DNA of 62,950 bases, filler included, from Ministeria vibrans ATCC 50519 (lineage: Eukaryota; Protista; Filasterea): NCBI GenBank assembly GCA_943704425.1. It is 6 parts of 6 records of this genome, joined end to end, with 100 filler letters (N's around TTAATTAATTAA, not from the genome) between each part and the next. Parts side by side here need not be neighbours in the genome. Positions count along the whole stretch, not along the records: positions 31,770 to 48,688 come from CALSCP010001966.1; positions 48,789 to 51,383 come from CALSCP010000298.1; positions 51,484 to 60,315 come from CALSCP010002642.1; positions 60,416 to 62,950 come from CALSCP010001368.1; 2 more parts are not named here. One strand, given 5' to 3'. Shown here piece by piece: positions 48,616-62,680 of the stretch (positions are counted from its first letter, which is position 1; each line of letters opens with the position of its first letter). A program made the position numbers and the translations under genes. The notes beneath the pieces were generated by a model, which was given only the letters and a program-made list of their open reading frames with translations, was not told the DNA's origin and made no database searches.

Positions 48616-48688
<73 letters not shown>

Positions 48689-48861
48689 NNNNNNNNNNNN
48701 NNNNNNNNNNNNNNNNNNNNNNNNNNNNNNNNTTAATTAATTAANNNNNNNNNNNNNNNNNNNNNNNNNNNNNNNNNNNNNNNNNNNNAAAAAAAAAAGA
48801 CAACTCACTCAAAGAGAGATAATGTACAGTCCCACTCACACACAAGTCACTCTGGGTGTAG

Positions 48862-49705
<844 letters not shown>

Positions 49706-49711
49706 CAACCT

Positions 49712-49742
<31 letters not shown>

Positions 49743-49822
49743 TCCCTCTCTCACTTTTTCATTCTCTTCTTGTGTGAAATCTCCTCCCACTGTCTCCTTC
49801 TCTTCATATTGTTGATGTTTGT

Positions 49823-50870
<1,048 letters not shown>

Positions 50871-51526
50871 AGTGAGAATGAAGAAAGCGACTGAACGCTA
50901 CTGCTGACTGAGTCAGAAATCTGAGATCAGCGCGCGCAACATTGATCTTTCATTAACTCGCCACACTCAATCCGTCCTTTTTTTTTCTCTCTCCTTCAGG
51001 TAACGTACTCTTTGGTTGTCTTCATTGAGCCCACTTGCGTACACTGCATCTCTGCGTGCCCAAATTGTGTGCTATCAGGAATTTTTTAAAAAAAAAAAAA
51101 GAAAAAAAGACGCAGGCGTTGGCGCTCCAGTTCGTGGCCTCTGCGACTCCGCGGTCGTTTTCTCTGTGTATCCGTGCGATTTTTATGCCGGTGCGCTGTG
51201 TCTGTATTTTCGTGTTGGCTCTTGAAGTGTCTTTTCAAGCGAGAAACCACGTTGTACGCGCCAGGCAGCCCCCTCGCCCTCCCGCTGCCGCCCACGACGA
51301 TCCTGTGTTCTTCCTCACCCCCCGCTCCCCTCCCTCTCTACTATCCCCGTGCGTCTCAGCGTTTTCTTTCGCTGTCCTTTTTTNNNNNNNNNNNNNNNNN
51401 NNNNNNNNNNNNNNNNNNNNNNNNNNNTTAATTAATTAANNNNNNNNNNNNNNNNNNNNNNNNNNNNNNNNNNNNNNNNNNNNGGGGGGGGGAGGCGGGG
51501 CAAACGACAAGACAGCAAACTCTTAC

Positions 51527-53139
51527 TCTTGGTTGAATGATGTAGCAGACCAAAACATAAATGACATGTCAGTGACACGCTACAATGTGAATACGGCGAG
51601 TGAGCGAATGAGTGAATATTCTATCCGATTGAATGAACTCACGGAAGTGTCAAAGTTCAAAGGTTGGTTGAATGAGGTCGCCTGGAAGAACATTCGATTC
51701 ATTGTGGTGACACTCTATGAGAATAATTGAGAATGAGTAGTGGAGAGAGAAAGAAACGAAAACGAGAGAGAGAAAGAGAGAGAGAGAGAGGGTCAAGAAA
51801 AGAGGGGAGGATCACTTACGGACGTGTCAAAGGGCAGGGATTGATTAAACGCGGTTGCAGAAGTGAACATGCCAGACATATCCGTAGCATCCTATACAAG
51901 AATGGGAGAGTGTTAGCCATTACAGAAGCGAAATGGCCGAGAACTCCCAAAAAACACAAAAGTGAGCTCGGATATACCGCACCTTAGTGTCCCACTGCGC
52001 GAGATTCCCACGATGGTCAATACCACTACGACGGAACATGTCTCGTAAAATTGTGGTCCCCGTCAAGTCAAGTGCATCCGTCGCTGTGATCTTCAGATTG
52101 GTGCAGCCATAAAAGTAACCGCCTGCACTGTGGTTGCCCACCCGTGCACTGCCCCATTGCTGGATTTCACGAATGCGTTCCATGTCACCAGACTCACCAA
52201 ACCGCAAGCCAACAAAAATACCCGTGATCTGGAAGGAACAGCGATTGCGTTGGTGCGTGTAACTCAAAATCGTTCTTTCTTGTCCCTCAATCGATGCTTA
52301 CGGTGATGGTGTATGTTCCTGCCAGCGCAAACGTGTGCGTACGCAGTGGCGAGTCGTGAGCCGTGATGACATCAGTGGCACTGGAATCGCCCCAGTCCAC
52401 AATGGCATTGTATGAGCCAGTGTCCATCAGAGGGAGGGTGATGGTGCTCGAGTCGGTGATGGTCTCCCAGACGGATATGAAAGGGGGAGCGTCCATGCAA
52501 TCAACACCGGTGAAGCCGCTGGCGCAAGCACACGAGTAAGCGCCCCCTAAACACAACAAGTATAAGTATACGTAGTAGAAGGTCTCAGCGCAACAGGTGG
52601 AGCGCCCTACCCGAGGAGCTAGAGCAGGTTGCTCCGTTTTGACACGGCGATGACACACATCCGCCAACGTCAACATCACACGCACTCCCCGTGAATCCAC
52701 TCGCACACGTACACGCATGCGACCCCCCGTTACGGAGACACGTAGCGCCGTTCTGGCATGGCGACGATGCACATTCGTCAACGCTTTGCGCACAGAAGGG
52801 ACCAGTGAATTCGGCAGCGCATGAGCACGCAAAGGACGCTTCGGCAACGGCACACGTCGCACCATTCTGACAAGGCTGCGACGCACAGGCGCCGAGGAGT
52901 TGCGCCTCCAATGCCAACACCCGTGCAATCAGAGGGGCAAGGAGCGCGGCGGCCTCGGCCTCCGTCACGACGCGCTGCCCTTCGACGAAGATGTCGCTGC
53001 TGCACACGACGCTGCGGTTGGTGCCCGCCGACAAGTGGATGTCACCGTTGTCATTCCACACCGACGACGCTGTTGAGCCTGATGCCGTGGCAGCCAGCGC
53101 CATACAACCCAACAAGGTGAGAGCGCTTATACGCAGCAT
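51527..53139 (-). CDS. Secreted protein: cubilin-N-like segment + coiled coil + 3 EGF + PKD-like + BspA/DUF285 repeats; 3' truncated by the gap
   Basis: Signal peptide; NGDIHLSAGTNRSV...LIARVLALEAQL; CxSxPCQNGATC x3; FISVWET...VDWGD...HTFALAGTYTIT; IQQWG...FYGCTNL; repeats VTxMxxMFxxATxFNQxLxFDTS. Confidence 0.85.
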
Positions 53140-53436
53140 GAACAAAAATTTACTGTGAATAAAAGATCAGGAATTTAGAGTTGAGAGTTCAGCTCTCGAT
53201 TCTCCATTAATTACTTTTCCATTTTTTTCACAAAGATGAAAGATCATGATTATTAATTTATTATTAGTATTTAGTAAGCAGACATATCGTCTACGCAATG
53301 TATTTTCTTTTTTTTAATACCTTCTCGGTAACCTTAATTAGTATTGGCGTTTGAGTTTTGAGCTTTCGCATTTGACATTGAATGTAGTACATGCAAAGTC
53401 TAAGCCGGAGACGTTAAAACACACCGTCAATAATAA

Positions 53437-53628
<192 letters not shown>

Positions 53629-53744
53629 CTGGTTCTTCCCTTTTACGCCGACATTAAATGTCCTTGTACAATCCAAACAAACTTAGGTCTTAATAATAAA
53701 AATATTTCAATTCATACTGTAATCATACGAATAGAGAGTGGCGG

Positions 53745-56700
53745 TTACGCATTGGACTCACCATCGGCCCAGAGCGTCTTGACAAAGGCCTGGAGGTCGG
53801 CGACAGCAACGGCGCAGGCGCGCGCTGTCCTAACCAGCTCAGCCATGGCTGTCGAGGGCGTGTCAGTTGACAGTCCAATAGTCCGCCCTGCCATGACCAG
53901 ATTAGCACACGACTTGGCAGTCGCACCACACAACGTCAGTAGAGTCACTTGATTCGTCTGTAATGACGAGAGATGGAAGTAATAATGATTAGAACAATAA
54001 AAACAAATAAAAAAATTGAGACGGACCGTGTCGGTGGGAATGTCACTGGCGGATTCCATGCACTTGTCCGCGAGACGCACGACGGACGCAGCAGTTGATT
54101 CAAGTAGCTACGCCACAAAGGTGAGACGGGAAACAACAAAAAATGAGAGGAGAAAGAGGGAGGGACTGTGACGCATCGAGCAAACAAACATACCAAGGGG
54201 AACTCGTCAGTGGGCGCGGCCACTCCCCGCGCAAGCTGACGAGAGCACGCCGCAACCTTGCGGACTGCCGACAACACTGGTTCGCGATGAATGCCAAACC
54301 CATTGGGAGATTCACCCGCAAGCGCATGTTCTTGCGCCAGCAGTTTCGCCGCGTTCACCTACATTCGACGATAAAAGAGGTTCTCTATGAGTTTCATTGA
54401 AATTGATTGCACGGCCTACCTCCGAGAGGGCATCTTCAATCGAGTCAAGTGCCGCTTTGTACGCCTGTGATTCTGCCTCTGCCTCTGCCTGCATTGCTTC
54501 TTCATCGTCGTTTTCGTGCTCCTCCTCCTCCTCCTCCTCTTCTTCATCCTCTTCATCATCAATGTCACTTTCTTCCTCTTCATGTGATTCGTGATCTTCG
54601 TCACGTGCGTCGCTAATGACATCCTCCTCGAGCGGTGGTGCCCCAAAGCCATCCTCGAAAGGTGGGGGTGGGAGAGTGGCAAAATCCGGTGGCGGGGGTG
54701 GTAAAGCAGCGATGTTGCGGGAGCGAGGAGACTCGGTGGAAGCGGGGGGTGGCAAGACGGGATCGGGAGGATTGGCAAAGACAGAGGGCGGAGGTAGAGG
54801 TAACGACGCGGGCGGGGGAAGTTCTGTCGTGACTTGCTGCACACTAGATTCATCCTTGGACGTCGCGTCATTTTCGTCGCTCTCTTCCTCCTCCTCGCTC
54901 GTCTCCTCGTCTTCACTCTCACTCTCACTCTCGCTCGTCGTCTCCTCATCACTCGTCGTCTCTTCCTCGTCACTGGACTCGTCATCTTCTACCTCACCAT
55001 CCTCAACGCCGCTTCCAGCAAAGTCCACGGGTGGTGGAGGAGCTGTGGCAAAGTCAGGTGGAGGAGGCAATGCGGCGAACAGATCGGGTGGGGGAGGCAT
55101 GGCGGGCGAGGTTGGAGGAGATTTGGAGCGCATAGCAAGAGAAAGAGCCGATCGCGGGGCCGATGCGGTGGTGTAGTGTGTAGTGGTGGTGGCCGACTCG
55201 GCGACGGTTGACGGGACGGCAAAGGGCGCCACCTTCGGCTTCTTCTTTTTGGGTGGCGGCACCTTCTTGGCGGGTTTCTTTGTTGGATTGGCAAAGTCTG
55301 CAGGAGGGGGCAGTCCAAAACCAGCGGGGGGTTCGGGAAAGGCAGTGGACACGAGGGGTGGCAGGGAGGGATCGGATGAGAGAAACTCGGCGGGAGGTGG
55401 AGGAAGTGAATCGAACTCCTTGGGTGGCGGTGGAAGGGACGCGAGAGCGTCGGGTGAGCCAAACTCCACTGGGGGTGCAACGGTAGCGGCGGAGCGTTTG
55501 GGCTGGCTGTTGGATATGGAGGCGGCAGCAGAAAAGGCGGAAAGAGTTTGGCGCAGGCGAGCCTTAGTGGTGACAACATGGTCAACGCTCTTCTGGCGCA
55601 TAGCTGCTTCCTTTTGGTGCACCGACTGGGGACGCACCTCGGTGTTGCGCAGGTCCAAGCCAGTCTTGCGGAACTTGAATTCTGTCAGGGCACCTGCAAC
55701 GTACTTGGGTGGTGCCTTGGCCAGGTCCACCACTTCCGAACTAAGTAGGATTGGGTTATAGATTTAGAATTACAACAGAAAAAGAGACACCAATAATAAA
55801 TTTTAATAATAATAAAAATAAAAATAACATCAGTATAAAAAAACTCGTGCAAAATGTAACAATTTGATGAGGTTATTACCTGTAGGCAGCACGGAGACCA
55901 TCGTAGTCAAGTACGCGGTGGGTGCTCTCGTACTTGGGTGCAGGGCTCTTGGAGTCGTCGCCCACTTTGAGCGTCTGCTTATCAAACTCAATCACTGAAC
56001 CATCTTCTGCCCGTTTCAACGCCCCAATTTTACGCATCCTTTGTCTGTACAAAAAATAACCAGAAAAACCAAATGTTACAGTTAAAACATAATAATAATA
56101 ATAATTATTATTATTATTATTGTAGGAATGGTCAGGCAGGGAAATAGGTACCTGGCCTGAAGAATCATGTTTGCACTGATGCCCTTGTCATCCATGTCGG
56201 GGTTGCTCTTGGTGACAGTGGCCGTCTTGCGCAAAGAGACGCCGGCGAGGGCACGGGCGAGGTCGGACTCGTCGTTACCAGAGGGGACGGTGCGATCGGG
56301 TTCAATGGGCGGTGGGGGCTCGGGAATGCCGTCGTCGGCAGGTGACAAGAGCGTGCCGGTCGGGTTCACGTACAGGTGGAAGTAGCCGTCCATGAGAGTC
56401 GCCATGTCCTGCATGTCACTCATTTCTCCGACCAAATGAATAGGCTCGTTTTCTCCGTTGTGAAGATCCGAAAACAAGTCGAGGCGCGCCTTGCCGCTGC
56501 CTAGGGGCTGAATCTCGATGGCAGCCATTTGTTGGAAAGGCACGAGTGGCGTGAGCGGACGAAAGTGCTCGTCGGAGAGGATGGCGAGGCCGTGGCGGGG
56601 TCCCACCAGCATGCGGGTGGACGACGACTCTTCTTTGCGTCGCTCCAGACGCACGCGGTACGTCTGGCCGCCAAATTCGGGCAGGTCTCCAAGCAGCTGG

Positions 56701-57998
56701 AGGTACTGGAACTGGCACTCGCGTGCCGTCAGCGACTTGCACAGCTTGTGTGCAGCGATCACGGCCTTCTTCACCTCCTTTGGCTTCATCGATTCGAGGA
56801 CGTAAGCAGGAAAGATTTTGTTGAAGTGGACGGTGTTCTCGAGATAGTCAATGTCGAACTTGTGCTGGGCGCGCTGCAACAGAAAGCGCGTCTGGAAGCC
56901 GGCGAGTCGCTTGATTTCACGTGCGCTTAGTTTCGTGAAGTTGCCGTCGGTGACATCGCGCACCACCTGTGTGTACCAATAGTCGAAAGCGACGGGGTCT
57001 TTGTCGCACATGTCAGCAGCGTTGAGGGGCACATAGCGCACGCGGAAGCGGTAGCGCCAGCCCGAGCCAATGGGCCAGGAGCCCTCGGCATCAATGATGC
57101 GTCGTGACGGTTTGAGCCACCGCCCAAACTTGCCTTGGGCCTCCTCCATGAAGAGAGCAAAATGATCAATAGACGTGACGTTGATGCGTCGCGCAATCCA
57201 CGAGCACATGTCGGCGCAAGTGGTCTTTTCGTTGAACTGCAGCGAGCGCGTCTGGCCGTCCTCCAGCATCACTTTGAGCACACGGCCTGCGTCGTCGTCG
57301 TCAAACTCGGGCATATCATGAATGGTGGGTGCAACGGTAAAGGGTCGGCGCAGGCGCACTGCCTCGGCGATGGAGAGCGTCGAGATGGAGTGGCGCTTCG
57401 CTTTCGTCGGCGGCGACTTGAACGGAGTGTCAGCCGGGGCGGCCGGCATGGGCGGCGGAGGCGGTGCGCCGTCGTCGAGATCGTCGAGGTCGTCGTCTTC
57501 GTCGCTTGTAAGCTGGCGCAGGTTGAGTTTCATCTGGTGGGGTTCGGTGCCTTGGCGCAAACTGCGCATTTGTTGTGTTCGCGGATCGTGGCGCGTTGTC
57601 GTTCGGTTGACGTGGTCAATGAAGTAGACGACGCCGTTGTCGTCGACGGCAAGCTCCCAGCCATACGGCAGCGACTCGTTCTTGTTGCTGCGCGGCTTGG
57701 AGGGTGACTTGCCGGCAATGACGACCGTCTCTGGCGGAATCCAACTGGTTGTTTTCGTCGAGTGATCGATGAAATAAATCTGTCCTTCGGCGTCGAAGGC
57801 CGCCTCCCACCCATCCGGCAGGTTGTAGGGCACTTCGTCGGCACCAATGGCACCGCGCCCGGTCGGCCGCGACCGCAGCGACGTCTCCTGGCTTGCTGTC
57901 GTCAGAAGCGCATCATCTTCCTGACCCGCCGTGTGTGTCTCGAAGTCTGGCGGCGGCGGCGCGAAGCTGGACGGAGGCGGTGGAAGCTTGCGACTCAT
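53745..57998 (-). CDS. WW-WW-FERM scaffold (FRMPD/FAK-type FERM) with Pro-rich/acidic region and C-terminal helical bundle; no kinase domain
   Basis: LPDGWEAAFDAEGQIYFIDHSTKTTSW and LPYGWE...YFIDHVNRTT (WW); VLKVMLEDGQTRSLQF, FRVRYVP, DPVAFDYWYTQ, LPEFGG (FERM); amphipathic helices at the C-terminus. Confidence 0.85.
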
Positions 57999-58201
57999 GC
58001 AGGCGAGGGAAGCGAAGACGACGTCCTTCGTGTGCGAGCGGTCAGAGTGTTTTAGTTTTTTTTTTTTTTTTTTCAAAAAAAGTGTTTATTTTAAATTTTA
58101 AATTTTCGATTATCGATTATTTAACACACACAATATACAATAGTCAACAATGAATAATCAATATTCAATAATCAATAAACACATTTAATATTCGATACGT
58201 A

Positions 58202-60246
58202 ATGGCTGAGCCTGCGGCGTATTGTTCGCAGCTGCGCCCTGATGAAAACCAGACGGTAGTGCAGGCATTGGGGAGTCGCTGTCGAGTACGTTCGTTGTTG
58301 TTGAACTTTCCTGCGTTTCGAGCATGCATTGACGCTGTCGGTAGGCACTGGCCCTGGGCGTGACCCAGCTGTACACGGCCCAGGACGGTGGCTCGTGGGC
58401 GTATGTTGGCTGTGGCGCTGCAGCGTTGATCAAAGACAGCAATCGGCGCAGCTACTTTCTGGGCGTGGTGGACATTGAGGTACGCCTGTGTGCCTGCTGC
58501 ATGTGTCTCTACATTGCCTCCCAGCGTCTGCCCTGCCCTCCACTTGTCTTTTTGTCCTTCTTTTTTTTTTTTTCTTCTTTTTTTCGCCCTCTCTCTCTTT
58601 CTGCTTGCGCGATGTGGGCCGACGGTGCATGACGGTGCATCCGACCCAATAACGCAGTAGCGTGCATGGTATGCCCTGAGGCGAACGCAGCCAACGGCCC
58701 AGACGCATTCTTGAAGGCGCGCCTCTTTTCCTTTGTCGTATCATCATAATAATATACAATGCATCTTGGGTGATCTTGGCAATTGTTATATTATTATATT
58801 GCAATCTGATCCGACGTGATAAGCTCTGACCCTCGCTTTTGATGGAGTGTAGCAACGCCAGAAGATCTTTGAACAAGAGCTGTACAACGAGTTTACGTAC
58901 ACACCCGATCGACCCACATTTCACACCTTCTCGACCGACGTAAACGCCACAATAATATACGAGACTTTTTAGTATTAAATGTATACTGTATAGACCGGGC
59001 TGGCGGCATTCTCGTTTTGTGCGCACGACGAAGCGCAGGTATTCTACGAGAAAGTGAACATTGAAGTGGGCAAAAAAGGTAGCACCATCGCACAGACACT
59101 CACGCATGCCTTCCTTGTGCGTTCGGTGATTTCAACTACTCTTTGTTGTTTTTTTTGTTGTTGTTGTTGCTCTAGCGACCAAACGCGCACAACATGCACG
59201 CGCAACAGCACCGCCAACGACGCCCTTGCGCAATGATGGAGCAATGTCGGCTCTGGCACCGCCATCGCCCATGGGAGGGGCACGACCAGGCTCCGTGTCA
59301 ACGCCGAACTCGGGCACGATGCTGCAACGCCCGGGTAGCGCAGTGTCATCGAGTGGCGGTAGTAAGTATAGCAAGGGCGCGAAGAAGGGCCAGTCGACGC
59401 GCAAGAAGCTGACCAAGGATGATATTGGGAAGCCCAGTGACTTTCGCCACATTGGCCACATCGGGTTTAATCCCGAGACGGGCTTCGACGTGAACAACAT
59501 TCCGAAGGAGTGGCAAGAGTTGTTTGATCGTGCAGGTTTGTCTCGTGAACAACTGCAAGACAAGGACACTGCTGCATTTATTATGCGTCAAATGGAAGAT
59601 TTGGGCATGGCTGAGGGGGGTCAACCCACTGGGGCTGCTCCCCCACCAGCGGCGCCTGTGTCTCGTCCCGCTGCACCGCGTAGCGGTGCACCACCACCAC
59701 CACCGCCTGTCAACCGTGGTCGTACCGCCGCTCCACCTCCGCCTCCATCGCGTGGACGTGCCGCAGCCCCACCACCGCCCCGTTCCACCGGAGCACCCCC
59801 GCCTCCGCCGCCGCAACGAGGGCCGGCAGCACCCGCCCCACCACCCGCGCAACCGTCGTCTGCTGCTGCACCTCCCCCTCCACCACCGCCACCAGCGCCC
59901 ACCTCGTTTGATGAAGGGCCTCCGCCACCACCGCCTCCAAGTGGTGGTGGTGGTGGACCGCCTCCGCCTCCACCTCCGCCTGCACCCGTGTCGTTTGATG
60001 ATGGTCCTCCGCCACCGCCCGCGGGCGGTGGCGGACCCCCTCCGCCGCCACCTCAGCAGGCGCGTGCTCCCCCGCCCGTCTCCGATTCGCGCGGTGGCCT
60101 TCTTGAGGAAATCCAGCGTGGGCGTAAGCTGAATCATGTGACTGAGCAGACGAGTCGGCCACCACCACCCTCCAACGACCTTGACAGCATTGCCAATGCG
60201 CTGCGCGACGCTGTTCTCGGCCGCGGCACCGCCATCCGAGGAAGTG
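58202..60246 (+). CDS. WASP: WASP-family nucleation-promoting factor (WH1-basic-CRIB-polyPro-WH2-C); acidic tail exon lost at the gap
   Basis: Spliced WH1: LIKDSNRRSYFL..VDI|...FEQELYNEFTY...FHTF...FSF..HDEAQVF; KLTKDDIGKPSDFRHIGHIGF (CRIB); SRGGLLEEIQRGRKLNHV (WH2); IANALRDAVLGR (C). Confidence 0.95.
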
Positions 60247-60441
60247 GTACGTCACATGTTCAACACCATACGCGTCTCATTTTTTTTTTTTTTTTGCTTT
60301 TTTTTTTTTTGACGANNNNNNNNNNNNNNNNNNNNNNNNNNNNNNNNNNNNNNNNNNNNTTAATTAATTAANNNNNNNNNNNNNNNNNNNNNNNNNNNNN
60401 NNNNNNNNNNNNNNNAGAGAGAGAGTTCAAGAGAGAGAGTT

Positions 60442-60586
<145 letters not shown>

Positions 60587-60976
60587 AGGGGAGAGATGAG
60601 TGTGTCCAGTCAGTCGTACAGAAATGAAGAGGAAGGAGGTGACGAAGAACACGAGAAAACAAAGCTGTGATCTTAAGAGTAAAGAGAGGAGTTGTAGTGT
60701 TGAAGCAGAAGAAGTGAGGAAAGAGTAAGTCGCAAAGACCAAAGATTATTCGTGCGACGTGATTTATTGAGAGTCAAATGTACTGGGTAACGGGTCATTC
60801 AGCTGCGTCGCTGCTGGTTTGTTGTTTGAAAGGGTTTAGGTAACAATGCTTTCACGTTGAACAGTGACGCTTCAACAGAAGGCGCTGTTATTTTCGTTCG
60901 CGTTCCGAAGTGACTAAATTTCGATCAACGGACACCACTCTCAACTCTCTAAAAATCAAAATAATTGTCTTCCGCA

Positions 60977-62661
60977 ATGATCTTCTCGCTTATACCGACG
61001 CTGTCGCGTCGCCCGACATGGGTTCGACTGGTGCGGCAGGTGTCGCCGGCGTCGGCAACGCGGCTCGCGCTGGATGGTCGACCATTCAGCTCGTTGAGTG
61101 GCGTTGCGTCGCTGACCAACACGCCTCTGGGAATCAACGGGCGCCGAGTCGCTCTGCTGCGCGCCTTCACGTCTGTGTTTGCGCGTCGATCGCGCCGCAC
61201 CACCGCGCAGGCGGCGGCGGCAGCGACCACGGCAGCGGCGGCAGCGACGGGCGCAGTGCGGGGCTCGGCCATGAGCACGGCGACGGATGTTGCGGCTGCG
61301 CGTGCCGCCGTCACCGGCTTTTCCAAGGGCCAGCCTAAGCCGTCGCGCCAGGATTACTCGCGTCTCTTTGCTATTGCGAAGCGCGAGTGGAAAACGCTCG
61401 CTGGTATACTCTCTTCAGATGAGTCGTACACTGTGCGCCCATTGAACTGATCATGATCACTGCATGTGTAGGTGCGATGTGTCTGCTTGTCGTGTCGTCG
61501 GCGGTGACGATGAGTGTGCCGTTTAGCATTGGCCGTGTGTTTGACATGCTCTTTGGTGATCTCAGTGATCCTGCGAGTACCTTGTCGCGCATTACCGCCT
61601 TCTCCAAGGTGCTCCTGGGCGTGTTTGCCATTGGTGGTCTGGCCAACTTTGGGCGAGTGCTGCTGATCCAGTCGGCGGGCAACCGCATGGTGGCACACCT
61701 GCGACGCGACGTGTACGCAGCTCTGATGCGCCAGGACATTGCCTTTCACGATGCCCACCCTTCCGGCGAGCTTGTCACGCGCATTTCCGCTGACACTCAA
61801 CTGGTTGGTACGAAAAGACATAGAGGAGAGAAAGAAAACAAAGGGATAGAGAGAAATGAGGGGGAGGGAGAAAAAGAAACAAAGTATTAGAGAGAAGAAA
61901 GAAACAAAGTAATAGAGAGAGAGAGATTTGATAGTGTGCGAATAGGACGAGCTCTTGCGGACAATCTGTCTGACGGTATGCGTGCGCTGGCACAGGCAAC
62001 AGCCGGCGTGGGGATGATGCTGTACCTGTCGCCCATGCTCACTGTGTCCGCACTCCTTGTCGTCCCGCCCGTCATGCTTATTGCGATGGTCTATGGTCGC
62101 CGGATCAAGAAGCTCTCAGCCGAGGTACACCTACTTGTTTTCATGTACACCGAGTCTTGTTTTGTATATTTGTACTCTCTTTGTTGTGGCGACACGCTCT
62201 CATTCTATCACTTACCTTATTCAGGTGCAACTCGCGCTTGCCAATGCCTCGGCCGTTGCCGACGAGCGTCTTGGCAGCATTCGTACAGTGCGTGCCTTCA
62301 CGGCCGAACAGCGCGAGCTCACTCGCTTTAACGAGCGCGTCGAGGACATTCTCAACGTGGCTCAGAGCGAAGCGCGCGCCAAGGCCGTCTTCTATGGTCT
62401 TACTGGATTCACAGGGAATCTCATTATTCTGGGGGTTTTGTTTCGAGGTTAGTAGAGAGATAGAGTGCGTGTGTGCGTGCGTGAGGGTGCGTATGTGTGT
62501 AAGTGACTGGGGAAAAGTACTAAAGTGGTATGTGTGCAGGAGGACAAATGATTGCTGATGGCGCACTCACTGTGGGCGGATTCACTTCCTTTATGCTCTA
62601 CACGGCCTACGTTGGAATGTCCATTGCTGGTCTCAGTACCTTTTACTCGGAACTTCAAAAG
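60977..62661 (+). CDS. ABCB10: Mitochondrial ABCB half-transporter (ABCB10/MDL1-like), continues beyond the window
   Basis: Long Arg/Ala/Ser presequence; LLVVSSAVTMSVPFSIG, ANFGRV, SGELVTRISADT, NLSDGMR, ADERLGSIRTVRAF, FTSFMLYTAYVG. Confidence 0.88.
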
Positions 62662-62680
62662 GTAATTTGCCAAGCCGGCT

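Noticed and set aside
50940-51383. Possible 5' end of a plus-strand gene divergent from NDUFS8
   Set aside because: Only a donor-like GGTAAC and intron-like sequence precede the gap; no identifiable coding exon.
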